From Lama guanicoe (lineage: Eukaryota), in assembly GCA_013239625.1 (NCBI GenBank), contig MU053881.1:5105957-5169956 (forward strand): a stretch of 64,000 nt of DNA. Reading direction: 5' to 3'. The notes under the pieces were generated by a model. The model saw only the letters and a program-made list of their open reading frames with translations, was not told the origin of the DNA and ran no database searches. Positions 62,301 to 64,000 of this stretch are shown here, piece by piece. A program made the position numbers and the translations under genes. Within the stretch, counting starts at the first letter, position 1. Every line of letters begins with the position of its first letter.

Positions 62301-64000
62301 GGCTTTCGGGCTTTTCCAGAAGCAGTGGAAGGACTTAGAGCAGAGGGTGTCATGGTCAGGCTGCTTTCAAAGAGCAGTACCCAAACATGAGTGAGCATCA
62401 GAATCCTCCAGGGCGCTTGGTAAACGCAGCTCGCTGGGCTCCCCACACGTGGTCACTCCCGCCTCATGGCAGCCGGTGAGCAAGGCGTGGTTACTCTCCC
62501 ATTTTACAGAGCATTTTACAGAACACTGAGGCTCAGGGAGATGAAATTACTCGCCCAGGGCCTTACAGCTAAGTGGTGGGTTTGGGACTTGCCAATGAGT
62601 TTGGGGGCCAAATTTATGGAAAACCTTCTGGTTTTCAGGGATGAACTGCCCTCATGCTGGGCTGAGTGAGAGGCCTCTGACAGAGGCGGAAACACTGGCT
62701 TTGGGATTCAAACCATCTCTGTCTCACTGAGCCTCAGTTTCCCCATCTGCAAATTGGGATTATCAGTCATTCTCTGCAGGGTTGAGGCAAGAAGCACTGA
62801 GAAGGGTGCTGGGCTCCCCGTGGGCACTCGGGAGGAGCAGCGCTGGTACTGGTTCTGCTCTCCTCTGGAGTGTCAGCTGGGCCCCAGAATTCCCCAGGCC
62901 ACACCCCAAGCCCACACCCCAGCGTGCCTGGGCCTGGGCGCCAGCCTGTGCTGCCCAAATATTGCAGGGGCCTGCTGGCGCCTCTCCACAGTGACAGCAC
63001 CTTGAGTGGGATGGGGGTGAGGAGGCCATCTCTGTGCCAGGCACCGACCGGCAGGTGCTGTCTCTGGCCCGGGGACGCTGCAGGAAGCAGGCTGGCTCCC
63101 CGGGGTGGGCGTGGCCCACAGCATCCAAGTGAAACTCCAGGGGTGGTTAGGCCTTGTGCACGAGGCTTCCGGGGAATCCAGCAAATGAGTGTAATAAACA
63201 CCCAAATAACCCAATAAATTACCCAAAGGGGTTATAAAGCCCTAGTCTGTATGCTCCAACCCCGGAAGCAATTCTATTTCCAACTCAGGCCGCACCCAAC
63301 TCTCTGTCCCTGGCTCTTTCTCTCGAAAATGTTTTTATCGGAGTCCAACATTTGGTGAGCAACACTGCAGACTGGGGAGCCCAAAGATTCCGAAGCCAGA
63401 GCTCAGCTTCAAATCCCAGCTTGGCCGATGACCAGCTGTGTGATGTCAGGCAGGTTATTGGACTCTCTGTGCTTTCATTTCCTCATCAGTAAAGGAGTGG
63501 ACACCTCCATCCTTCTAGGATGAGATCCAAACCTCTGAGACATCTTGGACCCTGCTCTTTCCTGCACCCCCGCCTCTGGCCATGAGGAAGCACACTTGGG
63601 TCTGCTTTCAGTTCCGTCCAGAATTCCGTAGCATCTTCCTCCCTCCAGCTCAGAGCCACCACCATCTCTCACCTCCCTGCTCTTTCTGTCCCTACGCTGG
63701 CTCTCGATAGCTCATTCTCAGGGCCCTGCGGTGCCTCCCTGTCCCAATCAGAGGGACAGCTCAAGTCCTCCAGTGACCCACGGGTCCCCACCACATGTCC
63801 TCGCCTCACCTCCCGGCCTGGCCTCCTGCCACCCACATCGAGGAAAGTCCTGCCCCGGTGTCTCTGCCTGGAATGCCCTTCCGCAGATACAAGCCCAGCT
63901 CATTTTCTCACCTTCCTTCTGTCTTTGCTTAAAAGTCCTCTTCTCTGACTCCTATATTTAAAAGATAGCCCCTGTTCCCCACGGGCCCCACAGGCCCTCT

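Noticed and set aside
1..64000. Exons of neighbouring genes (ERGIC1 and NEURL1B in human synteny)
   Set aside because: No matching peptides recognised in any frame; they probably lie outside this window.

Overview
Mammalian genomic DNA, not microbial. It contains one protein-coding gene: the immediate-early gene DUSP1 (MKP-1) on the + strand. Its four coding exons (29780-30146, 30422-30567, 30936-31155, 31576-31946) have GT-AG introns and give 1104 nt, or 367 aa. The gene has a CpG-island promoter (two CREs, E-box, GC boxes, TATA), an ARE-rich 3'UTR and an AATAAA at 32610. The flanks are non-coding and dense in repeats: L1, L2, MIR, MaLR/ERVL LTRs, hAT/Tc-Mar fossils and four young tRNA-derived SINEs with target-site duplications. 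The SINEs and a young L1 3' end suggest a camelid, by recall rather than by search. Nearly all other six-frame ORFs are chance or repeat-derived. I found no convincing undescribed gene system. The most notable unexplained structures are an AP-1-dense block about 18-21.5 kb upstream that shares a GRE-like 11-mer with the -1.3 kb element, a perfect 82-bp tandem duplication, an orphan CpG island downstream, and a multi-layer nested transposon stack. Repeat family names and repeat boundaries are approximate, recognised by eye.
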